From Eledone cirrhosa (Eukaryota): a DNA stretch of 64,000 bases. The notes beneath the pieces are model-generated. The model saw only the letters and a list, made by a program, of their open reading frames with translations. It did no database searches and had not been told where the DNA came from. Within the stretch, counting starts at the first letter, position 1, and each line of letters begins with the position of its first letter. Positions 39,694 through 52,700 of the stretch are shown piece after piece. Location of the stretch: assembly GCA_964016885.1 (NCBI GenBank), contig OZ024740.1, forward strand, positions 140,182,001 through 140,246,000, in the 5' to 3' direction. The position numbers were made by a program, and so were the translations under genes.

Positions 39694-40265
39694 TGAAATT
39701 AAGTAATAAAGAGCATCAGAATAGAAGAATATAAGTCAATAGACCGAGTACATTTGTACTTTAGTCAATTCCAACATCAGAATACCAGAATAGTCGAGTA
39801 AAAGAACAGTGCATAGAACTAGTACATTCGTACGTAACACAACGACCAGATCAAAGATTGTCAAGGAGGGAAGGAAGGGGTGAAGGTAAAAGGGTGTAGG
39901 TGTGAAAGAAAGTGACAGAAAGAGAGCGGGTTGATGGAAAGAGTCAATATTTCTACTAAGTAACCAGCACTTCCTGTTCTTGAATACATGTTTAATAGGT
40001 TCAGTTCACACAGAATTCTTTGCTTACAGATGTGGCAGCTCTCTCCCTCTTTCTCTAATTTGATGGGTTTTTCTCTGTTTCTCATTATATATTTCTCCCT
40101 CTCTCTCCCCCTTTTCTCTCTAATTTGTTAAATTTTGAGCAATTAAACTCTCCAGTGGCACAAGTAGTTTAAAATAATACATATATTTATACAGACATAT
40201 ATATATATACATATGTGTGTGCGTATGTATATATATACATATACATACATATTTGTATGCGTATG

Positions 40266-40308
<43 letters not shown>

Positions 40309-40484
40309 GAAATGACTGTTACATGACTAAAACTGGTCCATTTAAATGAAATCATCAGGACATTCCTTATGATTTCATATGAATGAAACAGTCCTTGTCA
40401 TGTAGATGTCATTTCTATATAAAATAAATATGCTTATGCTCTAACTACCTACGTGTTCAGCAGCTTTTCCTCCCCACCCTCTTC

Positions 40485-41327
40485 GGGAATCAAGCTTAGC
40501 TTGATCAAACAGTTCACCAAAGTTCTGGACAAGGATGGCGGCTGCTTCACTTACTTGTGCCATGCTTTTCCGTGGAGAAGTTGAAAGCTGGCATCTTTAA
40601 TGGTCCTCAACTCCGTCAGCTCATCAGAGATCCAGAGTTTGAAAACTCAATGAACTAAATGGAACTGGAAGCGTGGAAGGCTTTTGTTATGGTCGTGAAG
40701 ATCTTTCTTGGCAACGACAAGGCCAGGAACTACACAAAACTTGTCACCAAAATGCTGACTGCTTTCAGAAACCTCGGATGCAACATGAGCATCAAAATGC
40801 ATTACTTATTCTCACATATGGATCGGTTTCCTGAGAATCTGGGATCAATGAGCGACGAGCAAGGGGAGAAATTCCATCAAGACATGAAAGAGATGGAGAC
40901 CAGGTATCAGAGACGCTGGGATGCAGTCATGATGGCTAATTAGTGTTGGACTCTGACGAGAGACATCCCTGCCGCTGAGCATTCTAGAAGTTCGAAGAAA
41001 TGGAAGTTCAAGCCCTGAATTTTGAACAATGATGACCTAACATCTAATTTACATGTACTTACCTTTATCAATCTCTACTATTCAATGTACACTATTCAAT
41101 TTTTGTAACATTTAATTAATTGTGTTAGAAAACGATATTTTTTTTCTCTTAAAAACCTATTTTGGGTGAGAAATATTAAGAAAAATGTGATCGATTTAGT
41201 CAGATGTGATTTTTTTTAATCGTCTTAGCACAAACTGTCATCTTCAGATTCAGCGGTACAAAATTCTCCTAAATCAGTTGAAAAAACTTAGAAGACTTAC
41301 AAAGAACAGTTTTTTTGTAACCCAGTG
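40485..41327 (+). mobile_element. Chapaev3-like (CMC) DNA transposon 3' fragment
   Basis: MSIKMHYLFSHMDRFPENLGSMSDEQGEKFHQD..ME.RYQ motif; terminus ...ttttttgtaacccaGTG. Confidence 0.75.
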
Positions 41328-41333
41328 TTATAC

Positions 41334-41414
<81 letters not shown>

Positions 41415-42034
41415 TGTATGTGTGTGTGTATGCATATATGTATGGTGCTACTGGTAACATGTATCCCAGTACAACCTGTCTCATGGTCGGGTCGTTGGCG
41501 ACTAAACTGGCAACCCCACCAAGGTTTCTTGGTGAGGAGGGTGACTTTGGACATCCTGCAGGACTAAAAACAAAACCTGTCAAAGAGCAAAGGAGCTCTT
41601 AAGAGTCAATGGCCATCCAAAATCACCGGGAGAGATGACCCCTTAGCCTTTGTCAAGGCAGAATTCTAGGAGAAGGAAAACTCTGATATAGCACCTCCAA
41701 CCCTGATGGTATCCAATGATGTTGACATGTTCTTCTTTTTGGTAAATATCATCTTGGTTAAGAGAGTGGGACTGGCTTTGTGCAGTGCCTTTGCTCACTA
41801 TAAAAGCTTCACGGCACAGGCATTGCTTTATATCTGGAGATCTCTCTGCACTTGTCGTCACATGGTACCATGGGCTCAGCACTATGTGTCAATAATTGTC
41901 ACAAGTGTAGTGTTTCTACCAGAGTTTTCAAGTCGCTGGCTGGACTAAAAAGTCACACTTGTTCAGCGCATCGGTAGGGGTTCTCCTACATGGATATAAA
42001 GTAGTGGCCGTACTCGAAAACGAGTTGGCAGCCA

Positions 42035-42075
<41 letters not shown>

Positions 42076-42633
42076 GGGGGGGGGGCGTGTATATATACAC
42101 ACATAACACTGGTTAATTGAGGCAGTTGACACCTTTCACATTGTTATGGAACTTATAAAGTGCAATAATCATCAACCCTATGTAGTAGACACTTTAAATT
42201 GTGGTCTCTTTAAATTGTTGCACTTTAACATGGCTTTGGTGGCTCATATACTTACATACATGATAACATACATTACATATACATACATACATACATACAT
42301 ACATACATACATACATACATACATACATACATACATACATACATACATACATGAATGCATGGTTGCATGCTTACATGCATGCTTACATACATACATGAAT
42401 GCATGCATACATACATGAATGCATGCTTACATACATACATTCATTCATTCATACATAATAAAATATATACAGGTATACATGCATACATACATAAATGCAT
42501 ACATACATGCTTGCATACATAAATATATACATACAAACACATACATACATACATACATATATACATATTTACATATATACATACATATGAACATACATAC
42601 ATACATACATACATACATACATACATACATACA

Positions 42634-42667
<34 letters not shown>

Positions 42668-42926
42668 CATACACACAAGCATACATCCTTAGATACAAGT
42701 AATATACTCAAAGATGCAGTGTAATAATCAAAGAGGAAGAAGAAACCAATTCAACACACACACACACGCACGCACACACACACACACGCGTACAAACATA
42801 CATACATATATACATACATATATAAGTACGTACATACGTATGTACACAAGTATACATGCATATGCACATGCTCACATACATACATACACACACACACATA
42901 CACACACACGCGTACACACACACACA

Positions 42927-42972
<46 letters not shown>

Positions 42973-43998
42973 CATACATACACCCAGGCATACATCCTTA
43001 GAAACACGCAATATATTCAAAAATGTGATGTAATAATGGGAGAGAAAGAAGAAGCAATTAAAAGGAGACAATCAAGACCACAATAGGAAGTTAATAGATT
43101 AAAGAATCTCTCTAAGTTGTTTCAAGTGAGTTTTATAACGTTTATTGTTCATGTAATGATGTGAACCAAGCAATTATTGTGTATCAATTGTTTGTCGTAC
43201 AAAGCTAGAGATATTTATATATGTAGGTATAGGACTCAGTTATGACAATCATAAATAAAACACCTGTGGTGTGCTTGCTGAATTGTTATGGCGACGAACA
43301 GAATGCTTTAAGTTATTTGTTTCGGATCTTCGCATTTTGAGTTCAACCCCCATCGTAATCTACATGGGTGGGTGATAGAGTTAATCTGAATAAAACCTCT
43401 CCCATCACCCCGGTTAAACACCCCCACTAGACCCTTGGTTGAATTTTAGCTGAGTTTATTCTATTGCTAGCATTCGGACCAAGTCTCCGGTTTTTGGTTA
43501 TCCCATCCCTCCTCCGACAGTCTCGGTGGCTCTGAAAAGGGCTATAATAATCGCCCTTACTTCCCTGGTAACATCGATAATTCAGCCGCATTCTGTCATT
43601 AGCGAATGAATATACAAACAAATACGTATGAGTAAAAAGAGTGAAAGAATGGATGACAAAAGAAGATGGTAAGGGTCTGATGGTGGTGGCGGTGGTGGTG
43701 GTGGTGGTGGTGGTGGTGGTGGTAGCGGTGATGTTGGTTATGGGGGAGTGCGGTGTGAGGGAAGGTAGTGGAGGATAAAGAGGTGGTGAGAATCAGGCAG
43801 ACCGAGTGAACCTAGCTTTATATCCAAATATCATTGCTATTATATTACACTGAACGCTTCACCTGGTTCTCACTAATGAATTAACACACAACATGGTTTC
43901 AATACCATTGCGCTCTCCAGAAAAAAAGGAATAACAAATTTATTATTATTATTATTATTATCATCATCATTGTTATTATTATTATTATTATTATTATT

Positions 43999-44673
43999 TG
44001 AGTCTCTATCATTGATGTTATTTAACTGGAAAGTTTGTTGAAATGAATATCATGCCACTACCTGCAGCCTCAGATATTCAGGACGTATCGGAGGGTTCTT
44101 GCTGTTCCCAGCAAGCATGCCTTTTGAAGTGTTCCAAAAAGCGGAGCTGGACTAATCTTCTTTAACCATCCTTGGAAACTCTTTGAGATAGTACCTAGTG
44201 CGCCTATGACAATTGGGACGACCTTGACTTCATGGCAGTTCCAAATCCTTTTTAACTCCCACTTTAAGTCCTGGTATCGGCTAATGTTCTCCCTCTCCTT
44301 CTCTTGCACTCTCGTGTCGAATGGGCAGTCTACATCTACAATCAGGCACGATCTTTTTTGCTTGTCTAAAACTACCAGGTCAGGCCTATTGCGTTTCAGT
44401 TTCTTTCCCGTCTGTATCCTAAAATCTCACAGCACCTTCACCTGATAGTTTTCTATCACCGGCTCTGGCTTATGTTTATACCACTTCTCATAATGTGGTA
44501 AATTGTTTACTTTGCATAGGTGCCAGTGGATCACCCTGCCCATCACATCATGTCTCCAGCCTTTATAGTGAGTCTGGGCTAGGTGTTTACACTCGGATAC
44601 AATGTGAGCCACAGTCTCCTCTCTCTCCACAGATCCTACACAGTGGGATAGCCTCCTCCTTGTAAATACGGTG

Positions 44674-44675
<2 letters not shown>
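43999..44675 (-). mobile_element. R4/Dong-like non-LTR retrotransposon 3' fragment in a (TAA)n tract
   Basis: CCHC knuckle (CRICG..EETVAHIVSEC), RHD, RPDLVV and VVPIVIGALG..LQKACLLGTARTLR. One in-frame stop. (TTA)n on both flanks. Confidence 0.85.
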
Positions 44676-44714
<39 letters not shown>

Positions 44715-46273
44715 GATTATAGAAATGGCGATGATGATGATTTCATTTATTTGCCAAAAGGGTGCCGGATGAAAGGAACAATACAGCGGCAGTTATATAG
44801 AGTGTGGGGGTTTACATGGAGAAAGATAAAAATAATAATAATTATTATTATTATGGTTTTGATGATTTCTTTAATGTTTTGTTTATTTTTTAATAATAAT
44901 AATAATTAAATAAATAAATAATGTATAATTACAACAACGACATTAAATAAAGAAGAATAAATAAAAGGAAGGTTTGATAATAAAAAAAACCCATCGCGCG
45001 GGGTGGGGGATATAATAAACATATAAATACAGAACAGATATAAGAGAGGGGGGTATGGCATTCCAACTGGCGTCCCTTAACGATTTTAGTCATGCGCAAT
45101 GATGTTCTAATTGAATCCCAAATGATTGTAACGATGGTGGAGACTATCATGATGATGATGACGACAACGAAAACGGCGGGGAAGAAGAGAGCGATGACGA
45201 TGATGATGATGATGCTAACGATGATGATAACGATGATGATAACGATGATGATAATGATTATGATAACTACGACGATGTTGAAGATGATGACGATAGTAAT
45301 GACCATGATGATGGTGTTAATTATCATGATGACAACGATGATGTTGATGCGGATTTGAAACAGCGAATAACAAGAAATACGAAACATTTTAGAAGAGCAA
45401 TACGAAAATATATCAATATGCAAAAAATAGGGGTGGGGGATAGGAGAGAAGATAAAGAAGAGGGGAGGAAGGGGAGATAATGATGACGGCAACGATGTTG
45501 ATAGGGGTAATGCTGCATATATATAGAACAACAACTACTACTACTGAGGGAAGGGAATGGGATGTAGCTGATGAAGGGGAATGGAGTAAAGAATGAAGTG
45601 AGTATGATGGGGGGGGGGTAAATGTGATGTGGGAGGAGATAGGGAGTAGGAAGCGAAACCCCTCACCCCTTATTATTCGAACTAATTAAACATTTACACA
45701 TCCTTCGATAAACCCGAATAATGTTGGAGTTAAGGTGTAAATAAACAGACATCTTTTTTTATTTAAAAAAATATCTGACATGAAGAAGGAGAGGTTTGTT
45801 ACAATTCTAAAATAAAATCCCTCGCCACCCCGACCCCACTCTGTCGGGATTCCACTCCAACCCGACCGTACATCTGAACTTCCACTTCCACTGATGTTCT
45901 ACCACAATCCCCCCCCCCCCTCAAAAAAAACCACCACTACCACAACCACAACAACTACCAACACTTCTTCTACCTCCAATACCATAACAAACACAAACAC
46001 TATTACCACCATATCAACAACCACCACATACACCACCACCACCACCACCACCACAACTACCTTCATCACTACAACCACCATATCCAGCATCACCACCACA
46101 ACAAACACAATCACTGAAATTGTAAACCATTATTATTTGAATGAAAAAAAAAATATTTTTCAATTAATTTTTTTAATAAAAAAGAACAAGTTAATTGAAT
46201 AAATTAACAAAGAATAAAAGACTTCCTATTTTATATTTTCGAACGAAAGAAATCCGAAAACCATTTAAACAAA

Positions 46274-46386
<113 letters not shown>

Positions 46387-46649
46387 TGTGTGTGTGTGTG
46401 TGTGTGTGTGCGTCTGTGTGTCTGTGTGTGTGTGTGTGTGTGTACGTGTGTGTGTGTGTGTGTGTTATAATATATTATATATAGGCACATGTATGACTGT
46501 GTGGTTTAGAAGTTCGCTTTACAACCACATGGTTCCGGGTTGTCTCCCACTTCGTGGCATCTTGGGCAAGTATTTTTACTAAGCTTCTCATATATATATT
46601 AGTACCTAATTGATATTAATTTTCTAACCGATCAACCTTAAATTTCAGA

Positions 46650-46885
46650 ACATGGAAGATACAATGTCTAAAACTACAAGACCCCAATTGGAGCTCCAGC
46701 ACCAGATTTTCTGTGTAATATACTTCTATAAGTGTGACTCGCACAAAGAGGTCCAGAAACAATTTCATGCATTTTTAGGAATGGACAAATCTTCCTTCAA
46801 ACCAATATACAAAACTGAATGAAGAAGTTTGAGACATATGGAACAGTTCACTGTCTGGTGACCGTCCCACTCTAGACGACTCGGA
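46650..46885 (+). mobile_element. Possible Tc1/mariner transposase N-terminal (HTH) remnant
   Basis: ...EVQKQF...KKFETYGTV...SGDRP-like decayed motif. Confidence 0.35.
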
Positions 46886-47186
46886 AAAATACACGGGAAG
46901 TTATTGGCATGGTCTGAGACTCTGCGCTGGAGAAGCTTATCCTTGAGACATTTATTTCACTTTGCTGCATTCCACTCACCTAGAAAAATGAGTTGTTCTT
47001 GTAATTCAAATAGCCAGCCTTATCACACTTGTGTCACATTGAATTTCTCTGTGAATTACGTTAAGAGTAACGAGTCTATGTAATACTTGGCCATTGTTAA
47101 TTTCACTAGCAGGTTGCAACTTGCTAGAACAACTAGAACACCCATACAACGAATCGACGGAGGCCCAATACAGACTCGTACACGGC

Positions 47187-47267
<81 letters not shown>

Positions 47268-47554
47268 GGTTGTAGTGGTTGTAGTAGTAGTAGTAGTAGT
47301 AGTAGTAGCAGCAGTAGCATTGCCAGTCATAAATGTAATGCGTCGTTGGTTGCTTTACGAATTTTGCGTGTATTTTTGTTTATCTTCCTGAGAATTAAAA
47401 GTTCAGTGCGTGCGTGCAGGTGTGTGTATGTATATATATATATATGTGTGTGTGTTGCATGAGTCGGTGGGTGTGGGGTGTGTTTATGCGAGAGTTAAAT
47501 GGAGGTGAAATGAGCATGAAGCGGGTAGAAAAAGAGAGTATTATCAAATTATAG

Positions 47555-47610
47555 AAAGCGGAAAACACCGGAAGTATTTGACATGTGACTCACAGCAAGC
47601 CGCCATTTAT
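47555..47610. promoter_or_regulatory. Promoter-like motif cluster (ETS CCGGAAGT, YY1-like GCCGCCATTT)
   Basis: ccggaagt at 47568-47575; gccgccattt at 47599-47608. The minus strand reads ATGGCGGCTTGCT|GTGAGT. Confidence 0.35.
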
Positions 47611-48059
47611 TTCTCTCTCAATAGTATATTTTATTTATTTATTTTTATTTCTGGTTACACACACACGTAGAAATGTATATATTCACTCATATATATGAGT
47701 ATGTGTGTGTATGTGTGTGTATGTGTGTGGAGGAGGTGCCTGCATGTGAGAGTGTGTGGAAATATATAATTTCTTTAAAATTTGATCGGAGTAAAATTAA
47801 TTGAGAGTTAAGCTATAATGAAAATTATAATTTTGATAAATCGAAAATAATTATAACAAAGTCTTCTAATTTAGCCACAAGCCCAGGGAAAGTTGATTAA
47901 ATCAGCCCCAGGACTGAACGGGTATTTTATTTTATTGACTCAGGAACAATAAAGGGCAAATTTGACTTCGATGGGATTGGAACTCAGAACATAGAAAACT
48001 GGAACAAATATACGAGGCGTTTTTCCGACGCTCTAACGAGTCAGCCATAGTAAATGATT

Positions 48060-48245
48060 ATTGGCAGTATCGGTAGAGGGTCAGACGCCATGCTTTGACG
48101 CATAGAGTTACGGCCCTTGCCATTCTGAGTTCAAATCTCGCCGAGGTTAACTTTGCCTTTCATCCTTACGGGGTCGATAAAATAAAGTACCAGTAATGCA
48201 CTGGATAATTGCTGGCCTTGTGCCAAACGTAGAAACAATTATTAC
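48060..48245 (+). mobile_element. SINE family 1 copy
   Basis: Matches 7010-7235; further copies at 49630-49815, 58290-58470 and 58485-58680 (all minus). Confidence 0.85.
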
Positions 48246-48249
48246 TATT

Positions 48250-49035
48250 ATTTCTTTAATGGCTACAATGGCCAAAACATGTTGGACAATACAAAAGATA
48301 GGACAGTGGGGATTTACAAAAACTGAAACCGTGTAAACAAATAAAACCGACAACACAGGTTTAATTTAGGGACTCCACAGATCCTAAATCACCGTAATCT
48401 CCAAGCGCACCATCGGAAAGTTAGTAGAGTTATGGGCCTGAAGTTACCTAAAACGTCCCCCTTATTCTCGTCTTTCCTCGTCAACGTTACTACACCACGA
48501 CTCAAAGAACTGGGAATTCTACTGTTCTGCAGTCAGTTGCAGTAGATAGCTTCAAGGGATCGGAGAACAAGTCTGACATATCTACGTAAAACTTATAGGC
48601 AGACCATCCAAACCGGGTGATTTGTGCCTGGTACAGTCGGCCAGAGAAACCCGTAACTCGACTGCTGTTATCGGCTTTTCGCGACACTCCGTATCAACCA
48701 CCGACAGTCGCGGCCGGCCGAAGGGGTAGGAATTATAGTTAGCTACCGTCTCCGACCCCCCGGTCGACTCGAACAGTTACGCAAAGTGATACGAAGGGTA
48801 GAACACGAATTGGTCTGTCCGAACAGGAACTACCGAATGCTTGACGGCCAGAGCTTCGGTTGTGAAGAGCACTGAAATGCCCGCGTATTGCTTTGCACTA
48901 GTTATATGCTCTACATTGGACATAATGTTGTTCAGTGCTCTTTCGCACTCACTTTGTTGTGCCACTTCCGGCCGTCTCGATTTTATAGATATAATTCCGT
49001 AGATTAGCGTATTTTTTCCTTTGCTGCCAACTGGA
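48250..49035 (-). mobile_element. Decayed LINE 3' fragment, possibly Tx1-like
   Basis: GC-rich island with a 3' end tgtagccattaaagaaata resembling the tgtggctaataaagaaata Tx1 terminus. No clean ORF. Confidence 0.4.
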
Positions 49036-50509
49036 GGGACGTGATGGTGGAGATAGTGCAGTTGGTTTGGGTTGTGTTCACTATTATGGCGGTGGGGCGA
49101 TGGCATTCACGATTGCGGACTTTGGTAGTCGTGGGAAATCAAGTTCATATAAACTTTCTGCTGGACGTGATTTGGGTTTTGGTTTTGGTTGTTGTTGTCA
49201 TCGTCGTCGCTGGTGTTTGTGGAACTATTGCTGTAGTTGCTGCTTCTGTTGTTGGCGGTATCTGTAGTGGTGGTGGTCATAGTGGTGACAGTGGTGATGA
49301 TGTTGTTCTTACTTTTTTTGTTTTGTGCTTGACGATGTTGTTTTTCCAAGAGGAAGAAACTTCGGTTTCTGCCATGTTTTTTTTTTGTTGTTTTTTTTTT
49401 GTGGTGTGAAGGAACAAAATATATATAGCTTTAGTTTTTTGGGGGGCCAAAGGTAAGGGGTGAAACGACCAAATCCCTCCAAGTTGGTCGTTTTAGTTTA
49501 GGAAATAAACAAAACCTCCAAAGAAAAATGTTTCAAGAACGGGTGAAACTGAACAAAACTTACAGCGTGACGCGCAGTCCAGAAATTACAACAACAATAA
49601 TAATAATAATAATAATAAAAATAATAATAATTGTTTCTATTATTGGCACAAGGCCAGCAATTACCCAGTGCATTACTGGAACTTTATTTTATCGACCCCG
49701 TACAGATGAAAGGGAAAGTTAACCTCGGCGGGATTTGAACTCAGAATGGCTAGGGCCGTAACTCTATGCGTCGAAGCATGGCGTCCGACTCTCTACCGAT
49801 ACTGCCAATCCCGCCTTGTGCCAAAAGTGAAAATAAAAATAATAATAATGTTTTCTTTATTGACCACAAAGGGTTTACATAAAAAATACATTAAGGACAG
49901 CACATGACGGTACAATGTGGGTTTCTGCGTGTAAAAATGAGTATAAAACAAAACACCAGCGACGACAATAAAATAATGATTGAGTTATTTTTATTCACTC
50001 TTATCATTTTACTAAAAATATTTATATTTGCAAAGTGATCGTTAAATGGAGGGGAGGGGGGAGGGTATAAGACCCATTTCTCCATTCCATAAATTAGAGA
50101 TAAAATTTACAATTTTATTAATGATGACGACGACAGCGATGATGGTGATGACGACGATGGTGATGAGGAGGACAAGAAGGAAAGTTATTATGGAGCAAGT
50201 AGTGGTGGCGGCGGCGGCGGCGGCGACGGTGGCGTAGATGATGGCAATGATATGGGTTATGGGTACAATTGTAGTGGTGGTGGTAGTGATGGGGAGGGAG
50301 GTGATGATATCGATGATTGTGAGAAAGAGGAGCCGGGTGAATGTTATTGAGGATGACTTTTTATAAAAATAAAAAAAGAAATTAATTAAATAATCAAACA
50401 AACGAAAACGATATTAAATTAGAAATATTGATAACATGATATGCATAATTTAAGTTGGGGAAAATATAATTCATCGTTATTCATTGAACGAAGAGAGGGG
50501 GGGGGGGGG

Positions 50510-50541
<32 letters not shown>

Positions 50542-50909
50542 TGGGGTAAGAAAGAAAAGATAGACTAAATGAAAAGAGGAAAAATAAAACGGAGGAATAA
50601 AAGAAAGAGAAAAAAGAAAAAGATAGACAGAAGAAAAGAAAAAAAGAAAGAAAGAGACAAGGAAAGATAAAGAGCAAGAAAGAAACAGAAGATATAAATA
50701 CAAAACAAAAAAGAAGGAATGAAATGTAAAAAGTGAATGACAATGAAGGAAAATGATTGAGGATAAAGGAAAACATGAAAGATGTGACAATAAGGTTGTT
50801 CTGTCATTCCAATTTCACTCACAAGACCTGGGTCAACTTGAGGATAGGGTAAAGAGCCTTGCCTAAGATAGCACGCAGTGGGATCGAAACAGGAACCTCG
50901 CTCACTTCA

Positions 50910-52365
50910 TGACCACCACTATCACCACCACCATCACCACCACCACCATCACCACCACTACCACCATCACCACCACCACTATCACCACTACCATCACCAC
51001 CACCACCACCACTATCACTATCACCACCACCACCACCTCCACCATCACTACCACTACCACCACCACCACAACCACCACCACTATCACCACCACCACCATC
51101 ACCACCACCACCATCACCACCACCATCACCACCACCACCATCACCACCACTACCACCATCACCACCACCACTATCACCACCACCACTATCACCACCACCA
51201 TCACCACCACCATCATCACCACTACCATCACCACCACCACCACCACTATCACTATCACCACCACCACATTCACCATCACCACCACCACCACCTCTACCAT
51301 CACTACCACTACCACCACCACCACAACCACCACCACTATCACCACCACCACCATCACCACCACTACCACCACCACCACCACCATTATCACCACCCACCAT
51401 CATCACCACCACTATCACCACCACCACCACTATCACCACCACCACTATCACCACCACCATCACCACCACCATCATCACCACCACCATCACCACCACCACT
51501 ATCACCTCCACAGTCACCACCACCATCACCACCACCATCATCATCACCACCATCACCACCACCATTATCACCTCCACCACCACCACCACCATCACCACCA
51601 CCACCATCACCACCACCACTATCACCACCACCATCACCACCACCACCACTATCACCACCACCATCACCACCACCACCACCACCACTATCACCACCACCAC
51701 AATCACCATCACCACTATCATCACCACCATCACCACCACCACCACTATCAACACCACCATCATCACCACCACCACCACCACCATCACCACCACCACCACT
51801 ATCACCACCACCACAATCACCATCACCACTATCATCACCACCATCACCACCACCACCACCACTATCACCACCACCATCACCACCACTATCACCACCACCA
51901 TCACCATCACCACCACTATCACCACCACCACCCACACCACCACCACTATCACCACCACCACCACCACCACCATCACCACCACTATCACCACCACCATCAC
52001 CATCACCACCACTATCACCACCACCACCCACACCACCACCACTATCACCACCACCATCACCACCTCCACCATCACCACCACCACCACCATCACCACCACC
52101 ACCACTATCACCACCACCACCACTATCACCACCACCACCACCACCACCACCATCACCACCACTATCACCACCACCATCACCATCACCACCACTATCACCA
52201 CCACCACCCACACCACCACCACCATCACCACCACCACCACCATCACCACCACCATCACCACCTCCACCATCACCACCACCACTATCACCACCACCACCAC
52301 CACCACCACCACCACCAAAATCACCACCACCACCACCACCACCATATCCACCACCACCATCATCA
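50910..52365. repeat. ~1.45-kb (CAC/CAT/TAC)n trinucleotide array with higher-order blocks
   Basis: Almost no G on the + strand; gives poly-H, poly-T, SPPP, poly-V and GGGD pseudo-ORFs. Confidence 0.95.
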
Positions 52366-52700
52366 TGTTCTGGTGGTAAGTGTGGTGGTATTAGTGTTCG
52401 TCATTGTGATGGTGGTGGTGGTATTTATTCTGGAGGTGGGGAGATGGTGGTTTTAGTGATAAATGTGGTGGTGGCAGGGTAGGGAAGGTGGTTTTAGTGG
52501 GGAAATATGATTGCGGTGGTGCTAGTAGTTGTGAGTCACTGTCATTTAATAGGGTACGCAAGTGTTGATTCACCCTTAATTAATGGGGTTCACATACTCA
52601 TTCACTCTCAGCACACACACATACATATACACACACATACATTACAGATACACATAGAACTGAAGCACTTTCGTTACTCTCTCTGTCCTATCTATCTATC

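Noticed and set aside
44929-45534. 201-aa hydrophobic ORF
   Set aside because: Derived from a (GAT/GAC)n low-complexity tract.
50819-52482. 500-aa poly-His, extensin-like and poly-Val ORFs
   Set aside because: Products of a trinucleotide array lacking stop codons; no splice or domain context.
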